Origin: a virus
Lineage: Duplodnaviria > Caudoviricetes
Virus record (IMG/VR): IMGVR_UViG_3300001528_000580
Location: 128,001 to 192,000 of that record
Direction: 5' to 3' (one strand)
Length of the DNA stretch: 64,000 nt
Shown: positions 19,782 to 30,091 of the stretch, one piece after another
How positions within the stretch are numbered: the stretch's first letter is position 1
Layout of the letters: every line of letters starts with the position of its first letter
Made by a program: the position numbers and the translations under genes
The notes under the pieces: model-generated
What the model was told of the DNA's origin: nothing
What the model saw: the letters and a program-made list of their open reading frames with translations, nothing else
Database searches by the model: none

Positions 19782-20315
19782 TTAATTAAATTTATAACTA
19801 TTTTCAAAATTGAGTGTTCCATTTTTAATTTTATAGAGTTCATCAATAGCTCCTGCTATTGTTTTATATCCATGTTTGGTAAAGTTCATAGCAATTCTGA
19901 TTAAAATTATTCCATTGTTTTTACAAAATTCATTTTTAATTTTATCATTTTTTATTTCTTCTTCACTACTATGTGTTCCTTTATCATCTACTTCCACAAT
20001 AACTTTTTTTCCGTTAATTCTCATAATAAAATCAGGACGCAATGGTCTTTTGTTATAACAATTTTCTAATGATTCATTATATCGATAATTAAACTGATTT
20101 TCTGTTAATTTTGAGGCAAATAATTTTTCATGTCTCGACATGTTTTCTGGATGACAATTACACTTAATTGAATCAATCTTACAAGTAAATGTATTTCCAC
20201 ACAAGCGACAATAAACAGTTACATTATTATTTACAATAATTTGATCCTTGCTAATTTTAATATTAGGATTCTTTTTTTCTTCTGCAAGGCATTTATTATA
20301 TTGTTCATCAGTCAT
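19782..20315 (-). CDS. Vsr/DUF559-like PD-(D/E)xK endonuclease with zinc ribbon
   Basis: CRLCG, SRHEK, LRPDF, IVEVDD..H, ND..KN.FC..NGI.LIRI. Confidence 0.75.
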   Translation of the reverse strand: MTDEQYNKCLAEEKKNPNIKISKDQIIVNNNVTVYCRLCGNTFTCKIDSIKCNCHPENMSRHEKLFASKLTENQFNYRYNESLENCYNKRPLRPDFIMRINGKKVIVEVDDKGTHSSEEEIKNDKIKNEFCKNNGIILIRIAMNFTKHGYKTIAGAIDELYKIKNGTLNFENSYKFN

Positions 20316-20353
20316 CTTTGAATATATCCTTTCTTATTTATATGAACATATAT

Positions 20354-20381
20354 AAAATAACACAATTTTTTAAAAAATCAA
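20354..20381 (-). promoter_or_regulatory. Sigma70-like promoter
   Basis: TTGATT-N16-TATTTT with TGTG extension. Confidence 0.65.
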
Positions 20382-20465
20382 GAATATTTTTGAAAAAAAT
20401 TCCTTTTTTATGTCCAATTTTTTGAAATGTTAATATTTTTTTATATTAATTATATTTAATGAAAG

Positions 20466-20487
20466 TTGTCCTACATTGTAGATACAA
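20466..20487. promoter_or_regulatory. Candidate operator (imperfect palindrome) upstream of an RHH-domain gene
   Basis: TTGTCCTACA-T-TGTAGATACAA about 24 bp before ATG 20511. Confidence 0.45.
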
Positions 20488-20510
20488 AATTAAAAAATGG
20501 AGATTAAAAA

Positions 20511-22631
20511 ATGGAAAATGAAATAGAAGATGAAATAAAAAAAATTATAAAAAAAGAAGCAGAAGAAGATAAAAGAATATTAAACTCAATTAGTGAAGTA
20601 TTAAATGATTCAGCAAAAAATGATGAAATAAGAATAAGAATAAATAAAAAAGATAAAGAATTTTTACAAGAGGCTGCTAAAAAGAATTATTTTGAAACAT
20701 TAAGTGATTATTTAAGATTTGCAGGATATAAATGTTCTACAATATCAAGTGATGGAAATATTTTACCGTTTAATCATTTAAGTAATGATAACAATTTAAA
20801 ACTTGAAAGTATATTAAGACAAATAGATTGTAAATTATATCAAAATGTTTTTTATGATAAATTAGTTTTAGTAGTTAATAAATATTCAGAAAAACAATAT
20901 TTACAAAACTACTTTTCTGATAATATTCCTGTTATCACTATTGAAAATTATTTAAATAATTCATATGATTTTTCTAATAATGCTGTTGTGTTTTATCCAA
21001 GTGTTTTATTATCATTTATTAATGAAAATATGAATTTACGTCAAGATATAAATTTATATAAAGAACAAATTAAAATTTTAAATGAAAAACTTGATTTTAA
21101 TATAAAAAAATATCTATATGACGATAGTTGTGAAACGATTAAAGAAAATATAGATGATATACTAATGTTTGCATGTAATAATGATTGGGAAATTGAAGAA
21201 GATGATCAATATAATTTAAAAATTATTAATGTTATTACAAATAAAAATGATAGAATTATTTATCTATTTGATAAACAAAAAAGCAAATATTATCTTAAAA
21301 CATTTGAATATGATAGTAATAATAAATATGATGAATTTAAGAATTATTTGTTAACTATTGAAAAGAAATCAGAAAACGATATAGAATATTTACTTAAAAA
21401 ACTTGGTTGTAAGTTGGATGAAAAAATATATTTAGGTGCAGAAAAAGTTAAAGAATTATGTAATTATTTTGAAAATCATGAAAAAAATTGGAAAGTAACT
21501 TTAAATAATGATGAATACCATTTTTGTGGAAAAGATAAATTTAATAATATTGATATAAATTCATGTGATTTATCATTGAATATAGTAATAAATATGATAG
21601 CACAAATAGTTCCATACGAAAATATGATTCAATATGAAATTAAAATTAATGTAAAAGAAAATAATGATATTAGTTGGAATGATCATAGTGATTTAAAAGA
21701 CTTTTTAGACTTTTTAAATAATGATTTCTTTTTTAAAAATATAGCAAATAAAATTATGCCATTGGCTAATAGAAAATTTACTAAATTATTATCAAAAAAA
21801 CATAGATTAAATAAATCAGATTATGATTATAAATTGCAAATGGCTATTGCAAGAAAAGATATAATATCAACAGAAAAATATATTAAAAAAGCCAGTTGTG
21901 AACTTATTACACAATTACTCAATGATGCTTTTACCAATAATGTTTCTCTTTATAATACTGACAATATTAATATGGAGTCATTTTTGAAAGTGTTAGTTCG
22001 TTTAATGTTAAATAGAAAAGTAAAATTCGATCCTTATGTAGCAATATTGTATTCTATTAATAATAATGATTTAGATTTATTAAATCAAATAATTAATTTG
22101 TTAAAAAGTGGATATAAAATAAAATCAGATTATTTTAAAAATAAAATAGATCTTGAAAAACCATTAAAAAATCAAATGCTTGACGATGTTTGTCAAATAA
22201 CTATTGGTTCGTTTATTCTCAATTTATTTGAACATGGAAATGATAAAGATTCTGTTAAGTTTTTAAAATATTTACATAACGCAGGATTTATTTTAAACTT
22301 ACCATTAATATTTAAAAGCCAAATATACACTGATGAAGTAATCAATTTATTTAAATTAGAATTTGGTTCTGAATCATTTGATATATTTAATAAAAAGAAT
22401 GAAAATTATTTAAAAAATGAAGATGTAGATAAAATAATAGAAAAAATTAATAATGGAAATATTGAAATGGAAGATGTAAATTTATTATATGAAGAACCAG
22501 ATGAACATGAAGAAGATATAGAATCAGTTGAATATCAAAATAATTTATTTGAAAAATCTAGTAATAAAATTTTGAAAATACGTAGCAACGAACGTAGTGA
22601 AACTATTCAAAAGATTATTCCATTAGATTAA
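20511..22631 (+). CDS. Large protein with an N-terminal ribbon-helix-helix-like domain
   Basis: KNDEIRIRINKKDKEFLQEAAKKNYFETLSDYLR resembles RHH (DUF1778/MobC-like); remainder unrecognised. Confidence 0.6.
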   Translation: MENEIEDEIKKIIKKEAEEDKRILNSISEVLNDSAKNDEIRIRINKKDKEFLQEAAKKNYFETLSDYLRFAGYKCSTISSDGNILPFNHLSNDNNLKLESILRQIDCKLYQNVFYDKLVLVVNKYSEKQYLQNYFSDNIPVITIENYLNNSYDFSNNAVVFYPSVLLSFINENMNLRQDINLYKEQIKILNEKLDFNIKKYLYDDSCETIKENIDDILMFACNNDWEIEEDDQYNLKIINVITNKNDRIIYLFDKQKSKYYLKTFEYDSNNKYDEFKNYLLTIEKKSENDIEYLLKKLGCKLDEKIYLGAEKVKELCNYFENHEKNWKVTLNNDEYHFCGKDKFNNIDINSCDLSLNIVINMIAQIVPYENMIQYEIKINVKENNDISWNDHSDLKDFLDFLNNDFFFKNIANKIMPLANRKFTKLLSKKHRLNKSDYDYKLQMAIARKDIISTEKYIKKASCELITQLLNDAFTNNVSLYNTDNINMESFLKVLVRLMLNRKVKFDPYVAILYSINNNDLDLLNQIINLLKSGYKIKSDYFKNKIDLEKPLKNQMLDDVCQITIGSFILNLFEHGNDKDSVKFLKYLHNAGFILNLPLIFKSQIYTDEVINLFKLEFGSESFDIFNKKNENYLKNEDVDKIIEKINNGNIEMEDVNLLYEEPDEHEEDIESVEYQNNLFEKSSNKILKIRSNERSETIQKIIPLD

Positions 22632-22647
22632 AAAGATAAATATTTTT

Positions 22648-22680
22648 AAAAAGGATTGCTAAAATTAGCAATCCTTTTTT
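22648..22680. terminator. Bidirectional terminator
   Basis: AAAAAGGATTGCTAA/TTAGCAATCCTTTTT between convergent genes. Confidence 0.85.
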
Positions 22681-22892
22681 TGTATCAAAGTTTTATTAAT
22701 ATTAAAAGGATATTTGTTTAGATTTATTTTATCATTTTCCTTTTGATATTTTAATTCTTTTAATTCTTGTTTTAATGTTCTGACTTCTTTATGTGATTGG
22801 TACAAATCATATATTAAAAATCCAAATACAACTATAAAATAGATAAATAAAACTACTTGTAAAATGAATGCAAATTTTCTTAGTCTTGTCAT
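22665..22892 (-). CDS. Bitopic membrane protein with coiled coil
   Basis: One TM helix followed by a heptad-like segment. Confidence 0.6.
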   Translation of the reverse strand: MTRLRKFAFILQVVLFIYFIVVFGFLIYDLYQSHKEVRTLKQELKELKYQKENDKINLNKYPFNINKTLIQKKDC

Positions 22893-22998
22893 AATATCTT
22901 TCCTGTTTTAAAAAATAATTTATTTATATTCATTTTAATCTTCATTTTATCAACTATGTTATATTATTATTATTATATAAAAAATACATAATATAAAT

Positions 22999-24639
22999 TT
23001 AAAATAAGCCTGAAATTTCTCCTGATTCATTTATTTTCATATTATCAGAATTAGGAATTGGTGGTAATCCTGGCATAGAAACAATACTTCCAGTATATAC
23101 AATAATAAATTTTGCTCCATTTGATATATCAATATCTTGAATAGTAATATCAAAATTAGTAGGAGCACCTAATAACTTTGGATTATCTGTAAAAGAATAC
23201 TGATTTTTTGCTATACATATTGTATAGTTGTCAATATCAATGAATTTTCTCATTGTTAATAATTTTGATTTTGCTTTACTACTATAATTGACACTATCAG
23301 CTTTATATATTTCTCTACATATTTTTTCTATTTTAATTTCAATGGGATCATTTATATCATATGTAAAATGAACATTTTTAACATTTTCGCAATATTGAAT
23401 TATTCTTTCAGCTAATTCAATACCACCTGAAAATCCATCTTTATAAGTACTATTTAATTCATATTTCATATTAAATTCATTACACAAACTATCAAATGTT
23501 TCATAATCATCTTTAGTATCAGAATCAAACATATTAAGTGCGATAATAACATTTGAACAAAACTTTTTCAAATTGTCATAGTGTCTCTTTAAGTTAGAAA
23601 ATCCTCTTTTAATATCATCTTTTCCATTATATTTAATAGATTGTATTGTTGCTACTAATACAATACAGTTAGGTATTATATTAGCATATCTACACTTAAT
23701 GTTAAAAAACTTTTCAGCTCCTAAATCAGCTCCAAAACCTGCTTCTGTAATAACATAATCAGCTAATTTTAATGCTGTTTTAGTTGCAATAATAGAATTA
23801 CAACCATGTGCTATATTCGCAAATGGACCACCATGAATTAAAGCACCTGTTCCTGCTAATGTTTGAACTAAATTAGGTTTTATTGCATCTTTCAATAATA
23901 TAGCCATAGCTTCATTAGCATTGATGTCTTTAGCCTTAATTAATTTATTATCATAACTATATCCAATTATAATTTCACCTAATTTATTTTTTAAATCAAT
24001 TAATGATTCTGACAAACAAAAAATTGCCATAATTTCAGATGCAGAAGTTATACTAAAATGTTCTTCTCTAGTATAACCATCAATATTATTCCCTAATCCA
24101 ACAACAATATTTCTTAACATTCTATCGTTTAAATCAATACATCTTTTAAATGTTATTGTTTTAGGATTTATATTTAATTTGTTACCATGAAATATATGAT
24201 TGTCAATTAATGATGCTAATAGATTATTTGCAGAAGTTATAGCATGAAAATCTCCAGTAAAATGTAAATTAATATCTTCCATTGGAATAACTTGAGAATA
24301 TCCACCACCAGTTGCCCCACCTTTGATCCCAAATACTGGTCCTAAAGATGGTTGTCTTAAAGCAAGTAATGCATGTTTATTTTTATTTTTTAAAACAAAA
24401 TTCAAAGCATCTGCTAGTCCAATAGAACATGTTGTTTTACCATTCCCATATTTTGTTGGACTAATAGATGTAACAAGAATTAGTTTACCGTTTTTATTGG
24501 TATTTATTTTTTCATAATCAATTTTTGCCATATTCTTTCCGTATGGAATAATATAATCTTCATTTATTCCATTGCTTTTGGCAATTTCATATATATCTTT
24601 TATTTTAACACTATGAGAAATTGTAATATCATCTTTCAT
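22999..24639 (-). CDS. fhs: Formate--tetrahydrofolate ligase
   Basis: GKTT, RQPSLGPVFGIKGGATGGGYSQV, NLHFTGDFHAIT, HGGPFANIAHGCNS, TEAGFGADLGAEKF, MPGLP; start revised to MKDDI (AAGGA RBS). Confidence 0.97.
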   Translation of the reverse strand: MKDDITISHSVKIKDIYEIAKSNGINEDYIIPYGKNMAKIDYEKINTNKNGKLILVTSISPTKYGNGKTTCSIGLADALNFVLKNKNKHALLALRQPSLGPVFGIKGGATGGGYSQVIPMEDINLHFTGDFHAITSANNLLASLIDNHIFHGNKLNINPKTITFKRCIDLNDRMLRNIVVGLGNNIDGYTREEHFSITSASEIMAIFCLSESLIDLKNKLGEIIIGYSYDNKLIKAKDINANEAMAILLKDAIKPNLVQTLAGTGALIHGGPFANIAHGCNSIIATKTALKLADYVITEAGFGADLGAEKFFNIKCRYANIIPNCIVLVATIQSIKYNGKDDIKRGFSNLKRHYDNLKKFCSNVIIALNMFDSDTKDDYETFDSLCNEFNMKYELNSTYKDGFSGGIELAERIIQYCENVKNVHFTYDINDPIEIKIEKICREIYKADSVNYSSKAKSKLLTMRKFIDIDNYTICIAKNQYSFTDNPKLLGAPTNFDITIQDIDISNGAKFIIVYTGSIVSMPGLPPIPNSDNMKINESGEISGLF

Positions 24640-24652
24640 ATTATTTTCCTTA

Positions 24653-25132
24653 TTATTTAACTTTATCAAAAATAAACAAATTTGGTATTTTGTTTAATAT
24701 TGGTTCTATATTATTTCTTACAAAACTTATTTCTAAATTACCATTACTACATCCTGGCATTGGCAAATATATATTATAATTATGATTTAAATATTTTTTT
24801 TCATATGCCATTAATAATTCTTTACATGACATTTTTATTAAATCAATATCTGAATCATCTTTCCAGTGATATTTTGTTTGAAATGATAATATTCTATTGT
24901 TATTATATTTTCCTAAAAAATGAACAAATTTAAAATCAGATGATATTTTATTTGATAAATATTTACCAAGTACAATTGAGGTTTCAGGATAATAAGAATT
25001 AATTATCTTAGCTATTCCTGCACCCATCACAGCATTACCATCTTTTTTTATTATACCGTTTGTCGTTACACAGAAATATTTATCTTCACTATCTGATAAT
25101 ATATCTTCTGCATTTTTATAAATATATATCAT
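24653..25132 (-). CDS. Macrodomain (ADP-ribose binding/hydrolase) protein
   Basis: TTNG..K.DG.AVMGAGIAK, FQTK.HW, PMPGCSNG.L. Confidence 0.85.
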   Translation of the reverse strand: MIYIYKNAEDILSDSEDKYFCVTTNGIIKKDGNAVMGAGIAKIINSYYPETSIVLGKYLSNKISSDFKFVHFLGKYNNNRILSFQTKYHWKDDSDIDLIKMSCKELLMAYEKKYLNHNYNIYLPMPGCSNGNLEISFVRNNIEPILNKIPNLFIFDKVK

Positions 25133-25404
25133 ATATTTGGTTCTAAAAATTTTAACTCATTTTGTTTACAAAAATTTAAAAAACTATTTTTGCTAGACTT
25201 TTGACCAAAATCATCTGATATATAACATGCAGGATTAAACGGAGCTAAATTTATTCTAATATTTTCTGGTTTATAATCATGTTTTTTAAAACAAGCAATT
25301 AATCCATGTTTTTTTGATGTACAATAAAGAACTGTATATTTTTTATTATCTAAAATAAATTTAAATATCTTTTCATAATCTTTTGTTTCTTTATAAGCTA
25401 GCAT
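25129..25404 (-). CDS. Hypothetical protein
   Basis: AAGGA RBS, coupled to macrodomain gene. Confidence 0.6.
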   Translation of the reverse strand: MLAYKETKDYEKIFKFILDNKKYTVLYCTSKKHGLIACFKKHDYKPENIRINLAPFNPACYISDDFGQKSSKNSFLNFCKQNELKFLEPNI

Positions 25405-25434
25405 TATTATTAAATCCTTATGTTAATTTATTTT

Positions 25435-25653
25435 CTAACTACCAAATATTATTTTTTCATATAAAACCATTTGCAAGATTGCAATTGTAACGAAAGACAA
25501 AATTATTATAATACAAAAAGAAACTCCAAATATATTTGGATGTTTATTATAATTTACAATCTTTTCTAAAATATAAATTGCTAAGAAAGCAAATATAAAT
25601 ATAAAAAATTGCATACAATTTATTGTTAAAATTGATTCTATAAGATTTTTCAA
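25435..25653 (-). CDS. Small two-TM membrane protein
   Basis: TTG start with AAGGA RBS; promoter 25684-25711. Confidence 0.6.
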   Translation of the reverse strand: MKNLIESILTINCMQFFIFIFAFLAIYILEKIVNYNKHPNIFGVSFCIIIILSFVTIAILQMVLYEKIIFGS

Positions 25654-25683
25654 AAAAATTCCTTAATCATTTAATAATGTATT

Positions 25684-25711
25684 AATATAGCACAGTTTAT
25701 ATTATTTTCAA
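25684..25711 (-). promoter_or_regulatory. Sigma70-like promoter of the macrodomain/fhs operon
   Basis: TTGAAA-N16-TATATT with TGTG extension. Confidence 0.75.
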
Positions 25712-25759
25712 ATAATTTTTTTGATATTTTATATGTTATATGAAATGGAGGACATAAAA

Positions 25760-26326
25760 ATGATTTTTAAACGCTCAATGAATAAACAGGAAACTATTTT
25801 ATATAATAGTTCCATTTCTTTTATTAAATTTAGAACTAAAGAATTAGTAGAAGAGATTGATTTTTTAATCTCAAATCCATCTAAAATAAATTTTGTAAAT
25901 AGTTTTAATGCAAAATTCTTTTTTGACCAGATGAAAAATGATGAAGAAAGAATAGAATATTTAAAACAATTAAAAGATAAACTATTATTGATGAATGAGT
26001 GTGAAAAGGTTAAAGTTAAAGTTGGAACTTTCTTACATCCTATGTGTTGGCTTTATGAATTAGGATTGCTATTAGAACAAACTGAAAATTTTAAAAAGAT
26101 AGGTACAGCATTAAAACAATTTGAGATGCATGGGTTTTGTGTTCCATTTAAAATTGGCAAACCAATTATGATTACATTTAGAGTATTTCAAAGAGGTGAA
26201 GAAGAATTAAATCAAATATTGAGTCATGAGTTAACCCATTCTCTTATGAATACAAAAGATATTAATGCTACCGATTATAAAAAAGCAATCAATGACGCTT
26301 GGACAATTTGCATGTTATATATTTAA
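25760..26326 (+). CDS. Putative zincin metallopeptidase (HExxH)
   Basis: ILSHELTHSLMNTKD resembles the M35/aspzincin motif; start revised to the ATG after GGAGG. Confidence 0.55.
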   Translation: MIFKRSMNKQETILYNSSISFIKFRTKELVEEIDFLISNPSKINFVNSFNAKFFFDQMKNDEERIEYLKQLKDKLLLMNECEKVKVKVGTFLHPMCWLYELGLLLEQTENFKKIGTALKQFEMHGFCVPFKIGKPIMITFRVFQRGEEELNQILSHELTHSLMNTKDINATDYKKAINDAWTICMLYI

Positions 26327-26394
26327 TAATATAATTTATTTATTTTAACTATTTTTTTATTTTTTTTAATTATAAAATGTTAAAGGAAGTTAAA

Positions 26395-28845
26395 ATGATA
26401 AAGGATATAATTATATTAGCAAAAAAATATAAAATTGCTGGTAATATCAATAGTATTTCAAATGCAATTCAAGAAGAATTTTTAAGAAAATACCATTATA
26501 ATTCTTATAAAGATATTCCACCAGATAAAATTGAAAGATTAGAAGAATATATTTCAATAAGAAAAGATGAAATTGATAATGAATTAAAAAAACAGGTTAA
26601 AAATCCACAATATATTAGTTGGATTTATGATATTATTAAAAGCGGTAATCAAGGAATTGAAGATATTCAAAAATTAATTAATGAAATTGAAAGATTTGAA
26701 TATATTAGAAATCATGTTGATGCTATAAATGATAAATTTGAAAAGCAAGATAAGAAAAAGATAAATAAAAATATATTTAATATATTTAATTTTAAAACAT
26801 ACAGTGATTTACATTCATTTGTTTCTGAATATACTAGTTATTTAGAAGATAACATTGAAAGAGATAAATTAAAAAGTAAACCTATCAATTTCCCATTAGT
26901 ATATGAAAATTCAAAATATAAAGTATATTCAATTGGAGAAATGGAAGCAGATGATTTTCAAGAATTATATGGCGAAAAAGGTTGGGATACAGGTTGGTGT
27001 ATAGCACAAGGAACTGTTGATTTTAATGAGTATTTAGGTGAATATGATAGTTATTATCTTATACTTAATAAATCAAATGAACCTATATCATTAATTAGTT
27101 TAGATGATTTACAATTTAAAAATGTTCATGATGATACAATGATAAAGTTAGATAAATATATTATTGATGCAGTAGATCATATTTTATCAATTAATGGATT
27201 AGAAGCAGAAGACATAGATGAAGATGAATATAATGATTTTGAAGGATATATGTTAACAAAAGCATTTGAGTCAAATGCACAACAATTAGAATTATTTGAA
27301 GAATATGATAATTATGTAACAGAACACATGTATCATGATGTTGCGTTTATAAAAGATAAAAATGATAAATATAATTATTTTGTAACTAAAAATGGTAATT
27401 TATCATTAATTATTTCAACTAATTTACAAAATATATTATATATTAATTCAATGGATCAAGATATTGTTGAGGCTTTTTATAATATATTTAATTCTGAACG
27501 TTATCCATTAAATTATTTTGTAGTTAGAAATTATTCATTATTGACAAATTTTAATTTAAAAGAATATTTTGATTTCTTTATTAAAAATAAATTTATAGAT
27601 GGATTATCAAAAATTTTATCAACAAATAAAAAACTTAGTAAAGAACAAAAAGAAAAAGGTATTGATTTTATTTTAGAAAATGCAAGATATAAAAGTGATT
27701 TAGCAATTCTTAATACTATATACAGTGAAACAAATGATAAATTTTTAAAGGAATATATTAATAGTAAGGTTTTAAGTAGTAAAAGAATTAAAAATATTTC
27801 TGAACAAATTAAAAAATATCATTCAAAAGAAGATATTGAAGCCATAATTGATGAATTGTTGTCTAAAGTTATGTTGGATGGAACTATTATTGATGTTTTA
27901 TCAAAATATATTTATGTTGTTAGTAAAGAATACAAAGAAAAATTTATCGATTTTATATATGATGAAAATAAAATTGAAGCAGTTTTTTCTAATAATTCAG
28001 ATACAGTATCTTTTTCTCATAATTTAGATAAAGAGTTTAATAATATGTTAATTGAAAAATGTTTGAATGGTGATAAAGAAAAATATAAATTAATGTTGTT
28101 GACACAATTTAATAAAATGAGTGAAGAACAAAAAAATAAAACATTAAAAGAAGTATCAGGAATTGATTATGTATCGAGTTATTTGACTAATTTAATAATG
28201 AATTATCATATAGAAGATAAATTGATTCCAAGAATAGTAGATATAATGGTAACAGATAGCGAAATTAATTTTAGTAATATTTTAAAGTTGATTAAAAAAA
28301 ATAATATTAAAAACAGATTATTCATAAGTGAATTCATAAAAAAGGCATTATTAAATGCATATTGGGCTGTTGTAGCTGACTTAATGGTTGATCGTGAAAT
28401 TGTGGCAGATAATAATTTAATGAACTTTATTATTAATGATAATTATCCATATAAAAATGATTTGTTACGTTATTTAATATTAAAACCGACTATACATTTA
28501 AAAGAAGAACAAGTAGAAAAAATTATTGATTTTTTTATAAAAAATAAAAATACAATGTTATTGACTGAACTTTTATTTGGAGATGAATTACATTATTATA
28601 AAGATATTTTAAGAAAAGTAGCAATATATTTATTAAAATATTCAGATAATGATGATCCTCATTTATTAAGACGTATTTTGTCAGAATTTAAAAATGACAA
28701 TAATATTTCAAATGATGTATTAGATAAATTTAGAAAATTTTATAATAAAAATGACAAATATTTTAAAGAAGAAATTCAAAGAATAATTGATAAACAATTA
28801 TATAATTCAGATAAACAATTAGAATATTATAAAAAACTTTTATAA
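26395..28845 (+). CDS. Large hypothetical protein with G..TGWC motif and helical repeats; leader-bearing
   Basis: LYGEKGWDTGWCIA..FNEY; start revised to MIKDIIILAKKYKIA (AAGGA RBS). Confidence 0.7.
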   Translation: MIKDIIILAKKYKIAGNINSISNAIQEEFLRKYHYNSYKDIPPDKIERLEEYISIRKDEIDNELKKQVKNPQYISWIYDIIKSGNQGIEDIQKLINEIERFEYIRNHVDAINDKFEKQDKKKINKNIFNIFNFKTYSDLHSFVSEYTSYLEDNIERDKLKSKPINFPLVYENSKYKVYSIGEMEADDFQELYGEKGWDTGWCIAQGTVDFNEYLGEYDSYYLILNKSNEPISLISLDDLQFKNVHDDTMIKLDKYIIDAVDHILSINGLEAEDIDEDEYNDFEGYMLTKAFESNAQQLELFEEYDNYVTEHMYHDVAFIKDKNDKYNYFVTKNGNLSLIISTNLQNILYINSMDQDIVEAFYNIFNSERYPLNYFVVRNYSLLTNFNLKEYFDFFIKNKFIDGLSKILSTNKKLSKEQKEKGIDFILENARYKSDLAILNTIYSETNDKFLKEYINSKVLSSKRIKNISEQIKKYHSKEDIEAIIDELLSKVMLDGTIIDVLSKYIYVVSKEYKEKFIDFIYDENKIEAVFSNNSDTVSFSHNLDKEFNNMLIEKCLNGDKEKYKLMLLTQFNKMSEEQKNKTLKEVSGIDYVSSYLTNLIMNYHIEDKLIPRIVDIMVTDSEINFSNILKLIKKNNIKNRLFISEFIKKALLNAYWAVVADLMVDREIVADNNLMNFIINDNYPYKNDLLRYLILKPTIHLKEEQVEKIIDFFIKNKNTMLLTELLFGDELHYYKDILRKVAIYLLKYSDNDDPHLLRRILSEFKNDNNISNDVLDKFRKFYNKNDKYFKEEIQRIIDKQLYNSDKQLEYYKKLL

Positions 28846-28900
28846 TTTATGAAAGTAATATTTGTTTGGTTTTTCAAACAAAAAATAAGGAGATAGAAAA

Positions 28901-29185
28901 ATGAGTGAAGAAGTAAAAAAAGAAGCGGAAGTTAAAGAAGAAGTAAAGAAAAGTTCAAAATTAAGAGAAATTATAAAATATATTATTGTTCTTCTTGTTG
29001 GAGCTGCCGCTGCAGCAGGAATAATTAAACACGAAGATATTAAAGATGCTGTAATAAAAGGTGAACAAGCAAATGTACAAATTCAAGATGCAATGTATAA
29101 GGTTGATGTTGTTATAACAAAAGTTAAAGAATCAAAAGATAAAGATAAAGTTGTTGAAGAAGTTATAACAGAAGAAGTAAAATAA
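28901..29185 (+). CDS. Small single-TM membrane protein
   Basis: AAGGAG RBS; IIVLLVGAAAAAGII; terminator follows. Confidence 0.75.
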   Translation: MSEEVKKEAEVKEEVKKSSKLREIIKYIIVLLVGAAAAAGIIKHEDIKDAVIKGEQANVQIQDAMYKVDVVITKVKESKDKDKVVEEVITEEVK

Positions 29186-29210
29186 TTTAATATTATTTTG
29201 TTGTTAATTG

Positions 29211-29252
29211 ATAAATGGTAATAAGTTGTTAATTGTTACCATTTATTTTTTT
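29211..29252 (+). terminator. Probable terminator
   Basis: ATAAATGGTAA/TTACCATTTAT stem and T-tract. Confidence 0.65.
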
Positions 29253-29284
29253 AATATTTTTCTTTATAAAAACAAAAAGGAATT

Positions 29285-30091
29285 ATGATGAAACTTCAGT
29301 ATAAATTATATCTTATTGCAAAAACTTTAGAAGCTGGTGATATTGCATTTGATGAATTAAAAATCAACGGAGCTACTAATCTTGGAAACGTAAAAAACGA
29401 TTTAGATTCATATAGAGCTTATGAACCATATGGATTAAAATTAGAAAAAGGATCAAAGGAATATAAAGCGGTTCCTATTAGTGGAATGTTATATACCAAC
29501 CAATTAGTTTCTATTGCTTTGAACAGGATAAAAAATATTGATAAAGAAGTATTTAATAAACTCGGTCAATTATTTATAAATAATATTTTCTTAGATGCAT
29601 GTTTTAAAGTTTTAAATATTCCAATAAATCATAATCAAAATTTTGAAGAAGCAAAAAGACAAGTATTGGAAGATGAAAATGAAACGGTAATTACTGATAA
29701 AACAAGATTGAAAAATGGTTATACCGTAACTGCACCTGCAATATCACAAATGAAAAAATTTACAATTTCAATTCTCAATACAAGTGAGAAAGGTAGCATT
29801 GATAGTCTTGCAGAAAGAATAAAAGAAATTATTGTAAGAGAAAATGCAAGAGATTTAAGAGATATAGAAATTACCGTTGAAAATAAAAAAGTTGATGAAA
29901 TTTTAAGCAAAATTGATAAATATATTTCAGAAGATTATAAAGAAACTGGTGTTGAAGATGTAATTTTAAAAGATGGAATAAAAATAATAAACCAAATGAC
30001 TAAATCTAAAATGAATGAAAACTTCGATTATTATATGAATATGGAGCCTGGCGATAAAGAAACAATATTAACTTTTAGAGCTAAGTTATAA
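29285..30091 (+). CDS. Hypothetical leader-bearing protein
   Basis: N-terminus MKLQYKLYLIAKTLEA. Confidence 0.7.
   Translation: MMKLQYKLYLIAKTLEAGDIAFDELKINGATNLGNVKNDLDSYRAYEPYGLKLEKGSKEYKAVPISGMLYTNQLVSIALNRIKNIDKEVFNKLGQLFINNIFLDACFKVLNIPINHNQNFEEAKRQVLEDENETVITDKTRLKNGYTVTAPAISQMKKFTISILNTSEKGSIDSLAERIKEIIVRENARDLRDIEITVENKKVDEILSKIDKYISEDYKETGVEDVILKDGIKIINQMTKSKMNENFDYYMNMEPGDKETILTFRAKL

Noticed and set aside
22665-22892. FtsB/DivIC mimic
   Set aside because: Only the generic TM plus coiled-coil topology matches; no specific motif
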